Positions 42,154-56,315 of a DNA stretch of 64,000 nt are shown here, in pieces. The position numbers and the translations under genes were made by a program. Origin of the DNA: Octopus vulgaris. Taxonomy: Eukaryota. The DNA is taken from the NCBI GenBank assembly GCA_951406725.2, contig OX597821.1, forward strand, positions 106,268,001-106,332,000. The letters run 5' to 3'. Positions within the stretch are counted from its first letter, which is position 1. Each line of letters opens with the position of its first letter. The notes beneath the pieces were generated by a model, which was not told the origin of the DNA, did not search any database, and saw nothing but the letters and a program-made list of their open reading frames with translations.

Positions 42154-42404
42154 TTAGAAAAATGAAAAATATATATACGCGTTTGTGTGTGTGCCTGTGT
42201 TTGTCACTGCCAACATTGCTTGACAACCGATGCTGGTGTGTTTACATCACTGTAACTTAGTGGTTCGGCAAAAAAGAGACCAATAGAATAAGTACTAGGC
42301 TAACAAAGAATAAGTCCTAGGGTTGATTTCTTCGACTAAAGTTGGTGCTCCAGCATGGCCGTAGTCAAATGATCGAAACTTAAAAGAATATGTATATGTA
42401 TGTG

Positions 42405-42904
<500 letters not shown>

Positions 42905-43292
42905 TATATATATAGACTACGAATAACGAATCTTTATCTAAAATCTAGTACTTGTCATTGGGCTGGGGGACATACTGGGGCATCATGTTGAAGCTCCAAT
43001 ACTCATTTTGATATACGGGTACGTATATCGAGGGATCGCGTGTTCGAATCTCAGACCGAGCGATGTGTGTGTTTATGAGTGAAACACCTAAGTTCCACGC
43101 GGCTCCGGCAGAAGGTAATGGCGAACTTCTGCTGAGACTTTCGCTACAACTTTCTCTCACTCTTTCCTCCTGAATCTTGCAGCTCACCTGCGACGGACCG
43201 GCGTCCCCTCCAGGTGGGGAACCTATACGCCAAGGAAACCGGGGAAACCGGCCCTAATGAGCCAGGCGTGTCTCGAGAAGGAACAAACAACA

Positions 43293-43333
<41 letters not shown>

Positions 43334-43360
43334 CAAATATATATATATATATATATATAT

Positions 43361-43422
<62 letters not shown>

Positions 43423-44611
43423 TAAATGTATGTAAATGTATGTAAATAAATGTATGTATGTGCATGCGTGCGCGTGAGCATGCGTGTAAATTTGTTTCTA
43501 TATCTGTCCCCTTCCACTTCTTGACAACCAGAGTTGTTTTGTTTACATCCACTTAATTTAGGAATAAAATAAGTACCTATATATTAAAATAAGTACTGGA
43601 TCTTCAACATGATGACCTAGCATATCCCCAGTCCAATGACTGAAAAAAGTACAAGATTTTAGATATCAGTTTCGTTATTCGTAGGTTTAATTTATCGATG
43701 TTCTCTTCTAGTATTAATATGTAGGATTTACAAATCGATTCTATTCCACTCGTAATACTGTAATCCATAAAGTGTTAATGTGAGCACACACTGCTTCACT
43801 GGCATTATAGATTAATGCATCTTTCATTTTATCTGATCAGTAGTTCGCTACGCTTAAGTAAATTTCTTAGAGAATGAGAACTAAGCTCATAATAATGTCC
43901 TGAAATATGACTCAGTAATTTGCGTAAGTCTTTGTAGATTTATCAATATTTATGCCGACTTAGGAAGATATAGTATATTATTACTAGAGTTAATGGAGTA
44001 TTGATGTTGGAGGACTGTAAAAAAAGAAGATCAGTGTAGTATTGAGGGTAGTGTATTGAAAAAATCGTTAATTTTTATATGCTCCAGCGCTGAATGTTTT
44101 AAGATCAAATCCGTTCGATGTCAACTAAGTATTTCATGCTTCTACTGTTGATAAAATAAGTACCAGGTGGGTACTGAGTTGGATGAAATAGACAAGCTGT
44201 CTCCTCCAACGTTCAGGCTTTGTGCCTTTAGATGAGAGGATCATCGTTATTGATTTGACTCAGGTTCAGTCTTATTCCTGGTAGGCTTTATGTGTGTAGT
44301 GATTCACTTCCTCTAAACTTAGACACCCACAATTTTTCAATAGTCATTTAAGTGCTTAGAATCCTCCAGATAATCTTTCCTGTCTCTAAGAGACAAACTT
44401 TCTGTAGAGGCACCACAGGAAATTCAATTCCAATCTCCTTCAACCATTTCTCTATATCTTTGCTTACAGTTTACAATGCACCAATTACTAAAAGACCTTT
44501 ACAGTTTTCATACTCCAAATTCTGGCAATTTCAAATTTCAAGGAATTGAAATTTTTTGAATTTTTCATCCTCTTTCCTTACGATCTTGGAATCAAACTCA
44601 CCAATTCGTAA

Positions 44612-44683
<72 letters not shown>

Positions 44684-45210
44684 GTTATGAAGTATTACTA
44701 TTATTATGAAGGCGTCATGTGGACAGAATCTTTAGCATGCTGGGCGAAAGGCTTAGCGCTATTTCATCCATCTTCGTGTTCTGAGTTCAAATTCCACAGA
44801 GGTCGACATTACTCTTCATACTTTCGGAGTCGTTGATATAAGAACCAGTAGCGCAGTGGGGTCGATGTAATAGACTTAACTCCTCCCCACCAAATTTCAG
44901 GCCTTGTGCCTATAATATAAAGGATTAGTTTTAACATTATTATTATTGTTGTTGTTAAGGCGGCCGAATGGATAGCGCGCTGAACGAAATGCTTTGCGGT
45001 ATTTCGTCTGCCGATAAGTTATGCGTCCATATTCGTCCATGGTCGACTTTGCTTTTCAACCTTTCGAAGTCGATAAGTTAAGTATCAGTCAATAATTGGG
45101 GTCGATGTAACCCACTATCCACCCACCCTAAAACTACTTCTCTAGTGGCAAAAATTTCAAACCATTATGCTTGTTGCTGTTCTTTTTAACTCAGTTTTTG
45201 TTGGAACTCC

Positions 45211-45258
<48 letters not shown>

Positions 45259-45347
45259 CATCATCATCATCATCATCATCGTCATCGTCATCATCATCAT
45301 CATCATTATTATTATTATTATCATCATCATCATCATCATTATTATTA

Positions 45348-45411
<64 letters not shown>

Positions 45412-45413
45412 CA

Positions 45414-45922
45414 TTGAGTGAGAGAGCAGTTCATGCCATCAAAGTGACACTGGGGTAAAATATACGAAGCCCAATATACCCATCATGACTACCCGTCTGA
45501 TAAAGGTACACCAGGCACATGCATCACAACCATATGTGCGCGACATGGCGATCTCATATCAAGATAAACAGCACATGACCTTGCAGGTGGGGCCCAGTTA
45601 GAATTTACTTCAGGTTGAGTAGCCCATCCCGCTCAAACGGTCCCTGAATAAGGGTTGTTTCAGGATGTTGAAAGAACCACCCATGTTTTCAGAGGTGAAT
45701 TATTCAAACCCCAAAGAATCCCTCTCAACACATGGCTATGATGCTCCCCCACTACTTCTGCTCGTGATCAGAGATGCACATATCGTCAGCTACTAGGGGA
45801 CATGCTCAACTGGTTACGGTCAAACAACTGACAAGCAAATCTGTAGTATTGAGCAGAATATTTGCTGTAGCCCATCTTTTATACCAAGACAAAACAATGT
45901 ACATGATAACACTTCCAGTCAG
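45414..45922. mobile_element. ~550-bp (TTA)n-inserted element, copy 2 (truncated)
   Basis: Near-identical to 8880-9390. Confidence 0.75.
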
Positions 45923-45988
45923 TTTATTATTATTATTAATATTATTATTATTATCATCATCCTCATCATCATCATCATCATCATCATT

Positions 45989-46023
<35 letters not shown>

Positions 46024-46027
46024 TATT

Positions 46028-46073
<46 letters not shown>

Positions 46074-46110
46074 ACATCATCATCATCATCATCATCATTA
46101 TTATTATTAT

Positions 46111-47493
46111 TCAGTAGTTTTATTTTTATTTTTATAGCGTGCTTTCACTTCACTACCGAGCGCAGCTCTGTGTGCCTTGGGTATGTGCTGTGATTTGTTG
46201 TGATGCTCTGATGGTTATTGTATGGAAAGTGTTCTGCGTAGGATGTGGGCAGTGCCTAGTAGTGCAATTTTCTGTATGTTATATGTGTTTGTAAGTCCTG
46301 GTGTTTTTGTTATGTATTTGTCTGAATATTTTTTTATCATGCCTAATGCACCTACTATGATAGGAATTGTTTCTGTTTTCAGATTCCACATTCTAGTTAC
46401 CTCTATTTCCAGGTCTTTGTATTTTGAGAGTTTCTCCATTTCTTTTAGAGACACGTTGTCATCTGCCGGTATTGATACATCAATTAAAAAGCATTTTTTT
46501 TCTTCATGATCTCTGACAACTATATCTGGTCTGTTGGCCTTAATTTCTCTATCTGTGTGTATCGGCATATCCCAGAGTATGGTTGCTTTCTCGTTTTCTG
46601 TGACCTTTTCTGGTGTGTGCCTATACCATCTTTTTTCTGTTGTTATTCCATAATGTTGGCATAGCTTCCAATGTATGTAGGTTCCAACTCTGTCATGTCT
46701 GTGAATATATTCCTTCTTAGCCAGGACTGGGCAGCTAGAGATAATATGATTTATTGTTTCTTGTCCATCTCCACATATTCTGCAGTTACTTGTAATATTT
46801 CTTTTCATTACATGTTTTTGGTAATTTCTGGTGGGGAGGCTTTGGTCTTGTGCTGCAATTAAAAATCCCTCTGTTTCTGCTTTGAGTCCTGAGCTTCTCA
46901 ACCATTGCTGGGATTTTTCTTTGTCTATTTCTTTTGCGTTTAGTTTAGTGCAGTATTTACCATGAAGGGGCTTTTCTTGCCATCGTTTTATCATGGTTCG
47001 TTGCTGTTCTGTTTTTAGTTTGGATTTCATTTGTTTTATAGCTTTTGTTGTTTCTTCATCTTCTTCTTCTTCTTCATGTTTATTAGGTGGTATGATTTCT
47101 TGTTTGTATTTGTCAGCTTCCTTAAATACTGAGAACAGTTTTTTGTTTTGCTCGTGTTTTGCCGCTATCTGGATCAGTTTTCCTTCCTTCTGAAGTAGAT
47201 ATTTTTGCAGTCCTATGGTGGTTATTTTATAGTAGTTTTCCAGCTGTATAAGGCCTCTACCACCTTCCATACGTTGTATATATAGTCTTTCTATGTCAGA
47301 TTTTGGGTGATGCATCCTAGATCCTGTCATTATTTTTCTTGTTTTCCTATCTATTTTGGTCAGTTCATTTCGTGTCCAGTTAAGGATATTGTAGCTGTAA
47401 CTTATAACTGGGACAGCTAAAGTGTTGATACCTATTATCTTGTTTTTAGCATTGAGCTCTGTGTTTAGTATTGATCTAACTCGCCTATAATAT

Positions 47494-47531
<38 letters not shown>

Positions 47532-47897
47532 TTTCTCTTTCATTTGTGTGTGTTGTGTCTTATCTAGTTCATGGATTCCTAAGTATTTGTAAGTTTGGCT
47601 TTGGTCTAATTCTTTTATTTCATTGGTTTTATCTAGTGTGATGTTGTTACTCTTAACTAGTTTTCCTCTTTTCATGGTTACTTTGGCGCATTTTTCTAAT
47701 ACAAATTTCATATCTATTTCTTTGGTAAATCCATGAACTGTCTTTAATAGTGTTTCCAGCTGTTTGTCATTTGCAGCGTATAGTTTTAGGTCATCCATAT
47801 ATAAAAGGTGGCTGATCGTTTTGCCGTAACATTTATATCCGCATCCAGTTCTATTTAGCATATCAGATAGAGGTGACAGTGCCAAGCAGAAAAGGAG

Positions 47898-47898
<1 letters not shown>
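46111..47898 (-). mobile_element. 5'-truncated Dong/R4-like LINE (RT C-half + CCHC + RLE)
   Basis: HLLYMDDLKL, CRICGDGQETINHIISSC, HRHD, RPDIVV and LSKYKDL motifs. Both ends abut (TAA)n. Confidence 0.9.
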
Positions 47899-47959
<61 letters not shown>

Positions 47960-48626
47960 CATTATTATTAGTATTTTTATTACTATTAAGTATTACAGTT
48001 ATTATCATGGCGGCGAGTGGACAGAATCTTTAGCATGCCGGTCGAAATGCTTAATGCTATTTCATCCGTCTTCACGTTCTGGAGAAAAGGAGAGCAATAA
48101 CAATAATTATAATAAACCATTTTGTGAGCTGTAGTTAATCTAACATTACTGCAATTTTGTTCTTAATTATGACAGAGTGTCAGCATTTGTCAGCTGCCAA
48201 ATCGAAAATGCTTCCAGGTGTTTTTATATTTATCCGTCTGCTGAAATATTGTTTTTGTAATTGTTAAACCAAACTTGACAAAAGGACAACTGAGGTAAAC
48301 CATCTGCAGTCATTTTTCATAACTAGTATTGTTTTTTTTTATTAGTTTGTAGCTATTCTGACATTAAAATTTAAGAGTATTCTTGATGACGCAGCAAAAG
48401 TTAGAACATCTGTGGCTACAAGTAGTCTTCGAAAACTTCCGAATCTTGTGTGAAATGAACATGGCATCAATTTGTAAATTAAAATAAGTGTACAGAAATC
48501 TTGTATTTTGGGCATATTTCTGTACGAGGGAGAAGCATGGATTTCCTTACTACAGACAGATAAACAAAATTTAAACCTTACATATGTGCTATCTTCGCAA
48601 TATCTGCAACATGAAATGGGAAGATA

Positions 48627-49570
48627 CGAGGGGCGTTCAATAAGTAATGCCCCTGACCCACTTCCCATAGCAGTGGAGCAACGAAACTTGGCAAAGTTAT
48701 TAGTCTTTTTCTACATAGGAACCACCCAGAGCTCCGCATTTCTCCCATCGTTTGATGCAGCTGTGAAGACCCTTTGTCAGGAAATCTGTCATCACTACTC
48801 CGTCCTGGTCCCAGAAGACTGTGAGCATGACCTTGCCAGCGGAGGGCTGCACCCTTGCTTTCTTTGGAGGATGTGAGTCACGGTGATTCCACTGCATTGA
48901 CTGGGCTTTGGTCTCTGGATCATAGTGATGGACCCAGGTTTCATCCTGTGTAATCAGTCTTTTGAAAAATGTTGACTCATCTTCTTGGCACATCTCCAAA
49001 TTCATCCTCAAGCACTCGACGCGTTCTTGCTTCTGCAAAGGTGTGAGCAACCTGGGAATCAATCTGGCAGACACCTTTTGCATATGCAAATGGTCATGAA
49101 TGATAGTTTCCACAGACCCGGTACTAATCTTGACCTCATGGGCTATTTGGCGAATAGTTATGCGTCGATCTTCCAAAATGGCAGCCTCAACTTGACGGAC
49201 AGATGCCTCATCAATGGCAGAAGGGGGGGGCGAGGAGCTGTTTCCACAGTGTTCCAACAATGTTTGAATCCACGATGCCATCGTTTTACAAGGTCATATG
49301 ACGGGGCATCATCACCATAAGTTACTTTCATTTCATCAAAAGTCTCCCGTGGTGTGCGTCCTTTCAAATACAAAAACCGGATTACTGCTCGACACTCAAC
49401 AGGCTCCATTTCACACTTGACTCAGTTCAAACACCTGTAAATCAGAAACCACAATTAGTTCAGAGCTGTAATTTGCTACTTAATCTATATGAATAATTGC
49501 ACATGCAAAATTTCAGCTAGATCAAACAACTGCAAGTGGGTCAGGGGCATTACTTATTGAACGTCCCTCG
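48627..49570 (-). mobile_element. Internally deleted mariner transposon
   Basis: ~37-bp TIRs CGAGGGGCGTTCAATAAGTAATGCCCCTGACCCACTT with TA on both sides. MEPVECRAVIRFL, TQDETWVHHYDPE and AGKVMLTVFWD are present; the second and third catalytic motifs are deleted. Flanks look like an old RTE fragment. Confidence 0.92.
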
Positions 49571-50137
49571 TAGGATATCGATTGTCAAAATTTTAGGAAC
49601 AAGAGGCATCTTCAAGATCGAAAGCATGGTGTTGAGATTTCATTGAAATGGGCAGGACATATTGTTTGAATGTAAGATGATCTTTTGTACGGCCAACAGG
49701 TAGAAGGATTCAGCGGGAAGACCCAACCTTAGGTCTAAGGGTAGGTTGAAACAATGACTAAAATCTCTACAGCATAATTTAATATCTTGGCGCAGTTATT
49801 GCGCAGATCGATCTGAGTGGCATAAAATATGTCATGCTGCATTTAACTGAAAAAAACCCCCTTTATTCAGGAACCAACAGACATATTTGTCCAATACGAA
49901 GCAAAATGAAAACCATCATAGTCCTCGTGTTGATATTGTAGCAAAATACAAGTATGGATCCAAATTATAATCGCGCATCCGTCGCAAATGAATGCAGCTT
50001 TTATTTTGAATCGCTTTTTTTTCTTTTTTAAATTCTTTCCTGAAAAAAATCATCCAACAAATTTGATGTAATGACCATCATGATCATCATCAACATCACC
50101 AGTATCATCATTATCATCATTATCATCGCCTTCATTA

Positions 50138-50208
<71 letters not shown>

Positions 50209-50421
50209 GTTGTTGTTGTTGTTGTTGTTTTTGTTGTTGTTATCATTGCCATTGCACAGCTTCTAACACTGGAGATGTACTACAGTGTCAGCTGTTCATT
50301 ACCACTGAACTAAAGTAACATCTCTTATTTTTCCAGCACCTACCGGAGTATTCGAGCGGTTCCAAATATTGCTGTTTTCTGCAAGTGCTCCACTTTTATT
50401 GCAGCCCCTATTTGTTCCACG

Positions 50422-50454
<33 letters not shown>

Positions 50455-50463
50455 CACCACCAT

Positions 50464-50543
<80 letters not shown>

Positions 50544-50544
50544 T

Positions 50545-50606
<62 letters not shown>

Positions 50607-51139
50607 GCCTCGGTCTTATTCCAGGTAGGAACTATGTGGATAGCGGGTTACTATCTGTTATCTTAGGTATCCAAAAGTTTACAGCAGTTTTTCAAGTGGT
50701 TAGAACGCTCCTGATAATCCATGCTGTCCCTAAGAAACAAACCTTCTATAAGAGCCCTACTGGGAATCCAATTTCAATCTACTTCAGCCATTTGTGTATA
50801 TCTTTGCTTACTGCACCAACCGCAGCAATTATCATAGGCATGAACATTACTGTGCGCATTCCCCAAATCCTTCCTATTTCAAATAGTAAGAAATTGTATT
50901 TTGTTTTCTTTATCTGTCTTTATCTGTATATTATCTGTCTTTATCTGTATATTCTTCCTGGGCCAACTTGGGGTAGCATATCAGATGGTTTACCACTGTC
51001 AAGTTCCAATTTCCAAGTCCCATAAGGCTCTATATTTTTCTAAATCATTTTCTCCATATATATTTTCCCTCAAGTTATTTGTTTTCATCGATTGATCCTG
51101 ATCTCATTATTACTATTATTATATTTATTATTATTATTC

Positions 51140-51770
51140 TATGTTTGACTTTTGCTTTACATTTGCACAAGCTGTCTCCAAGTCTCACCCAGTGACCTCA
51201 AGAGACAACAGATTGGAAGTTCGTGTTGGTGTTATGCCTAGGGTGCCATATATATGGTTTTGTACTAAAAAACCATACGAACATTTTGTTTGTTTATCCT
51301 CCACCTCTTCCTCCTCCTTCACCTCCTCCTCCTCCTCCTCCTCATCATATTATTATTATTGTTATGTTTTTTCCTTCTTTCTTCAATTTTTCTGCCGTTT
51401 CTCGCCGAGTGTTTTCCATACACCTAGGGCATAGAAGCTCATTGTATGCATTCCCAGATTACACACGCAAATTCACAGATAAAATATGTATTTACAAATT
51501 AATAAATAAATAAATTCATGGATGGATGTTGTTTTCACAGCGATAATGCTCTTCTCAGTATGTGAGCCGTTCCAGTTAATACGATTTTTTGCACTTCCTG
51601 TAGGGATGGTAAGCCTGGAATCATTTTCAAATAGGTTTCAGTACTTTTTTTTATCATTCCTAGAGATCCTACAGTCACTGGTACTGTAGTCGCCTTGAGG
51701 AGCCATATTTTATCAATTTCTATTAGTAGGTCTTTATATTTACTAATCTTGCCACATTTTTCCAATTTCT
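51140..51770 (-). mobile_element. Stacked short 3' fragments of Dong/R4-like LINEs
   Basis: SKYKDLLIEI...VQKIVLTGTAHILRRALSL* plus a second copy of the intact element's 3'UTR. Similar remnants lie at ~9560-9880 and ~50230-50400. Confidence 0.75.
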
Positions 51771-51797
51771 ATTTGAAGGTCTTTATATTTACTAATC

Positions 51798-51834
<37 letters not shown>

Positions 51835-52056
51835 TATGTTTGACTTTTGCTTTATATTTGTACAAGTTGGCTCCAAGTCTCACCCAGAGACCTCAAGAGA
51901 CAACAGGGTTGGAAGTTCATGTTGTTGTTATGCCTAGTGTGCCATATATTTGGGGGGTGGGGATGTTGTACTAATGAATGTCTAAAAAGAAAAAAAAAAA
52001 TGTTTTTTTTTTTTTTTTTTTTAAACCGAAAATTATGTTTGTTTTAAACCTTGAGA

Positions 52057-55000
52057 TTACATAGAGAGTATTTTGCGTAGGATATGAGCAGTTCCCATGA
52101 GCACTATCTTTTGAACTTCTGCCATTTTTGGGTTTCCTGGTATCTGAGTTAGGTAGCTATCAGCCCCTTTTGCTATCATTCCCAGGGCACCTATGACAAC
52201 AGGTATTGTTTTAGTCTTCAGCTTCCACATTTTGCTGATTTCTATTTCAAGATCTTTATATTTGCTCAGTTTTTGGTAGGTCTTGACAGATACGTTTATA
52301 TCGATTGGGACAGTCATATCAATGAGGAGGCATGTTCTTTGTTTGAAGTTTTTCAATATGATGTCTGGCCTATTTGCATCTATCTTCCTGTCAGTTTGAA
52401 TGGTGAAGTTCCAGAGGAGTGAGATGTGGTCATTTTCAAGCACTGGGGGTGGTTTGTGTTCCCACCAGTTTTTTTCATGGGGCAAATCCAGGTTTTTACA
52501 GATTACCCAGTGAATATATTGTGCAGCTCTATCGTGCCTGTTGAGATACTCTGTAGGCGCTAGAAGACTGCACTTGGAGACCACATGGTCAATGGTTTCA
52601 TTTTGTTGCTTGCATACACGACACGTTGGACTGCTTCTGATCTTTAATATGTTGGCCTGGTAGTTTCTTGTTGGTAGGCATTGATCTTGAGCTGCTATGA
52701 TAAACCCCTCTGTTTCAGATTTTAAGCCAGAGGCCATTAGCCATTGATGGGTCAGGGCTTTGTCGATATCTGCATTATTCGCTCTCTTTGGGTATTTGCC
52801 ATAGAGAGGTTTTTCTTGCCATTTATTATTCAGAATATCTAAGGCCGCAGTTTTGACACGGGTTTTCATGCGCCTAGCTTTTTCTGTGCTTGTTTCTTGT
52901 ATATCTATCTCCGAAATTGGTTGTATTCGGAATTCACTTAGATATTCCTTTGCCTGTTTTGTGACTGAGTATGATGCTTTCTTGTTTTCATGTTTTGAGA
53001 CAAGTTTTAGCATCCAGTCCTCAGAGTTTTTCAGGTAGGTGTCTAGGCCAATTGTAGCAATCTTCATTGTTATTGCCAGTTGCAAAAGACCACGGCCTCC
53101 CTCTTTTCTTGGCAGATAGAGTCGTTCTGTATCTGCCTTAGGGTGGTGCATTCTATGCATTGTCAACAGTTTCCTTATTTTTCTGTCGAGCTGACATATT
53201 TCAGTAATTGACCAGTTAACAATATTGAAACTGTAAGTCACGACTGGTATAGCTAACGCATTGATTGCTTCGATCCTGTTTCTTGCATTCAGCTCTGTCT
53301 TGAGTATTGCTCTCACTCTTCGATAGCATTCTCTCCTGATCCTTTCCTTCATCTCTGAATGCCTTATTCCGTTCCCTTCAATTATCCCTAGGTACTTGTA
53401 GCTCTCCGCTGGGTCTAGTTCTTTTATGACATTCTGTTGGTCAAGGTTAACGTTAGATGTTTCTGTCATTTTTCCTTTGATAAAGGTAGCCTTTGCACAT
53501 TTATCGAGGCCGAATTGCATTCTGATGTCGTCACTGAATTGTTTGACTATCGCTAGTAAGCCCTTGAGTTGTTGATCATTTTTTGCAAAAAGCTTTAAAT
53601 CATCCATGTAAACGAGATGATTTATATTTTTATCAAACATTTTATACCCGTACTGCGCGTCATTGAGCAGCTTTGAGAGAGGTATTAAGGATAAACAAAA
53701 GAGGAGTGGTGACAGTGAGTCACCCTGGAAAATGCCACACGAAATTTTTACATCACCAGCATTTAGGAATTCACTGTCACTGTTCAGAGTTAGTGTGGTT
53801 CTCCATGATCTCATACTTACAGTCAAGAAGTTTCGCAGAGTTGGTGCTATCTTATACATTTCAAGGCATTTCCTAATCCAGCTATGTGGTAGGCTATCAA
53901 AAGCCTTTTTATAGTCTATCCAGGCTATTGATAAGTTTTTGTGTCGTTTGTGACAATCTTCTAAGATCATCTTATTGATGAGTAGTTGGTCTTTACAGCC
54001 GTAGGATCCACGTTTACATCCTTTCTGTTCATTAGGGAATATGCTGCTGTCTGTTAAAAAACTATAGGTATATTCCGTCAGGACAGATGTTAGTGTTTTG
54101 TACATAGTTGTTAAGCAAGTTATGGGTCTATAGTTTTTTGGTTCATTTGTTTCTTCACTTTTTGGAAGCAGGAATGTTAACCCATTAACTAGCCAAGGAG
54201 GCATCCTACTAGGGTGTTGCAAAACATCATTGTACAGTTCTGTTAGCAGTTCATGGCTCTCTGGGAAGGCATTCAGCCAGAAGTTAGGAATTTTATCCTT
54301 TCCTGGAGACTTCCATTTGCTTGACCTCCTGAGAGCAGATCTTATATCTTCTACCTTGACACCCTCCCACTTTTGCTCTTCTAAGGGGTCCAGTTCTGTA
54401 GATATTCTGTCAATCCAGGGGGCCTTTTCGTTGTGTGTTTTTTCTTCTGCCCAGATTTTATTCCAAAATCTCTGCACTTCTTCTTTTGATGGTACAGACC
54501 CTGCAGTAAACGCTGTTTTTCCTATCTTCCTGTAAAAATTCATGGTGTTATTTTTGAACATGTTGTTGTCCTTGAAAAATCTAACACGCTTTTCATACCT
54601 CGCTATGCGGGCAGCTTTGGCAGATACCTTTTGTTTGATGGTTTCTATGGTGGCATCAATATCAAGTATAGTTTTCATATTGTATTTTTTCAGAAATTTT
54701 TGGGTTTTTGTAGGTTTGGTAATCTTGTGAGCCTTAAGGTTGTTCAAATATTCAATGTCAGATCTAAATATTTTAATTTGTTGTTGCAGACGCTCTTGCC
54801 AAGAAGGCTTTTTGTGGGACTGTTGCCGTTTTCTAATCTTTACACCACATAGGATCGTTGAGATTTTCGCGGATGCATAGTATAGGTGGTTGAGGTTTGT
54901 GATATCAACATCATTAACTGAAATTATATCCTTAAGTGCAAGCCGGATTTTACCAATTATTTTCATGTTTTGGTTAGAGTTGCGGATTTTAGGAAGTGTA

Positions 55001-55869
55001 TCACGCTCATCCATGCTGGTTTCTTTAATTTTCAGCCATTCAATCATGATTTGATTTTTTAGCTCATGTAGTTCTGTTGGGTCAATATTTGTGTGACTTT
55101 CTTTATCTATTTGATGCTCATCTGTCTTAGTGTTTATGATTGGTTCAGGGCGTATTTCACTTTGCCTATCACTTATACTAACTCTTTCAATCCTCTCTTC
55201 GTTTTTATCCGCCCTGGGCTGGTCTATAATCATTTCCTCTGTATTATCTTCTCTAGCTGCAGCTTCGTTCATTTTATCCGATATTGCTTGTCTAACCTGA
55301 TCAATCTCTACTTCAGTCAGTAATTTCTTTTTTATAATGTTTCTTCTAACATTGGCAAGCTTGTTACTGTCTATGTAGGGTCTTACTTCAGGGTGTTTCT
55401 GTCTCCAGTTTAAGTATGCTTGTACAGTGCTAGACTTATCTGTGGGGAAATATATGGCATGGTAGAAGGCCTCAAGAACTTCTTTATTATCTTCCCTAGA
55501 CCATTTTTCCTTCTTTTTCTTTTGATTATTTGGTGATGAGCATGGATGGCCATCTGTTGGAATATTCCGGTTGTGGGGTTCGTCCAGCTCCTGTGTGTTG
55601 GGAAGATTTGATCCAGTAACTGATTTTTCAATCAGGATTTGGTTCAATTTTCGGGTACGTGGTCTTTTGTAATCCGCGCAATGACCAATGCGGTTTATTG
55701 TTTGATTTGTTGACCTTGAAGCATGACGAGCATCCATTCTTATATTAGGAGATGGATCTGTCAGTTTAGGGTTCACTACGTGTAAGCATTGCTCATAGCG
55801 CCGCTTCTTAAGACTAGCAGATCTATATTCGTCTGTATTTTTTTTGTTGATAGTTTTATCTCCGGACAT
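52057..55869 (-). CDS. Intact ORF (1270 aa from ATG) of a Dong/R4-like non-LTR retrotransposon: RT + CCHC + restriction-like endonuclease
   Basis: KSPGKD, YRPITCL, WIDYKKAFDS, GIFQGDSLSP, YMDD, CRVC...HVVSKC, RHD, RPDII, IDMTVP and KYKDL, with no stops. The 3'UTR runs to ~51833 and then (TAA)n. Confidence 0.95.
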   Translation of the reverse strand: MSGDKTINKKNTDEYRSASLKKRRYEQCLHVVNPKLTDPSPNIRMDARHASRSTNQTINRIGHCADYKRPRTRKLNQILIEKSVTGSNLPNTQELDEPHNRNIPTDGHPCSSPNNQKKKKEKWSREDNKEVLEAFYHAIYFPTDKSSTVQAYLNWRQKHPEVRPYIDSNKLANVRRNIIKKKLLTEVEIDQVRQAISDKMNEAAAREDNTEEMIIDQPRADKNEERIERVSISDRQSEIRPEPIINTKTDEHQIDKESHTNIDPTELHELKNQIMIEWLKIKETSMDERDTLPKIRNSNQNMKIIGKIRLALKDIISVNDVDITNLNHLYYASAKISTILCGVKIRKRQQSHKKPSWQERLQQQIKIFRSDIEYLNNLKAHKITKPTKTQKFLKKYNMKTILDIDATIETIKQKVSAKAARIARYEKRVRFFKDNNMFKNNTMNFYRKIGKTAFTAGSVPSKEEVQRFWNKIWAEEKTHNEKAPWIDRISTELDPLEEQKWEGVKVEDIRSALRRSSKWKSPGKDKIPNFWLNAFPESHELLTELYNDVLQHPSRMPPWLVNGLTFLLPKSEETNEPKNYRPITCLTTMYKTLTSVLTEYTYSFLTDSSIFPNEQKGCKRGSYGCKDQLLINKMILEDCHKRHKNLSIAWIDYKKAFDSLPHSWIRKCLEMYKIAPTLRNFLTVSMRSWRTTLTLNSDSEFLNAGDVKISCGIFQGDSLSPLLFCLSLIPLSKLLNDAQYGYKMFDKNINHLVYMDDLKLFAKNDQQLKGLLAIVKQFSDDIRMQFGLDKCAKATFIKGKMTETSNVNLDQQNVIKELDPAESYKYLGIIEGNGIRHSEMKERIRRECYRRVRAILKTELNARNRIEAINALAIPVVTYSFNIVNWSITEICQLDRKIRKLLTMHRMHHPKADTERLYLPRKEGGRGLLQLAITMKIATIGLDTYLKNSEDWMLKLVSKHENKKASYSVTKQAKEYLSEFRIQPISEIDIQETSTEKARRMKTRVKTAALDILNNKWQEKPLYGKYPKRANNADIDKALTHQWLMASGLKSETEGFIIAAQDQCLPTRNYQANILKIRSSPTCRVCKQQNETIDHVVSKCSLLAPTEYLNRHDRAAQYIHWVICKNLDLPHEKNWWEHKPPPVLENDHISLLWNFTIQTDRKIDANRPDIILKNFKQRTCLLIDMTVPIDINVSVKTYQKLSKYKDLEIEISKMWKLKTKTIPVVIGALGMIAKGADSYLTQIPGNPKMAEVQKIVLMGTAHILRKILSM

Positions 55870-56166
55870 TTTTTTTTTTTTTTCCTTTCCTCCTCTTCCT
55901 TTCTTCAAGGCTTACTGTGTCTGTATTAGTTCGAAATAATGAGAATAAAATACGGAGAAGGAAACGAAAAGAAAGGGAAAAAGACGGGATCTGTCAGTTA
56001 TTATTGTTATTACTATCATCTTCACCACCATCACCATCATCAGCAACATCACCATCACCATCATCATCTTCAATGACATTGTTTTATGTGTAGCCACAGC
56101 CACCATCAACACTCCATTGTGTTGGAGAATGGGTGGTTAAAGAATTCATGTTCTTTGGGTCTATAA

Positions 56167-56228
<62 letters not shown>

Positions 56229-56250
56229 TATTATTGTTGTTGTTGTTGTA

Positions 56251-56301
<51 letters not shown>

Positions 56302-56315
56302 TTTATTTTTATTAT

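Noticed and set aside
43985-44020. WSIDVGGL as possible gene B exon 3
   Set aside because: Immediately followed by a stop, with no suitable 90-nt acceptor/donor frame.
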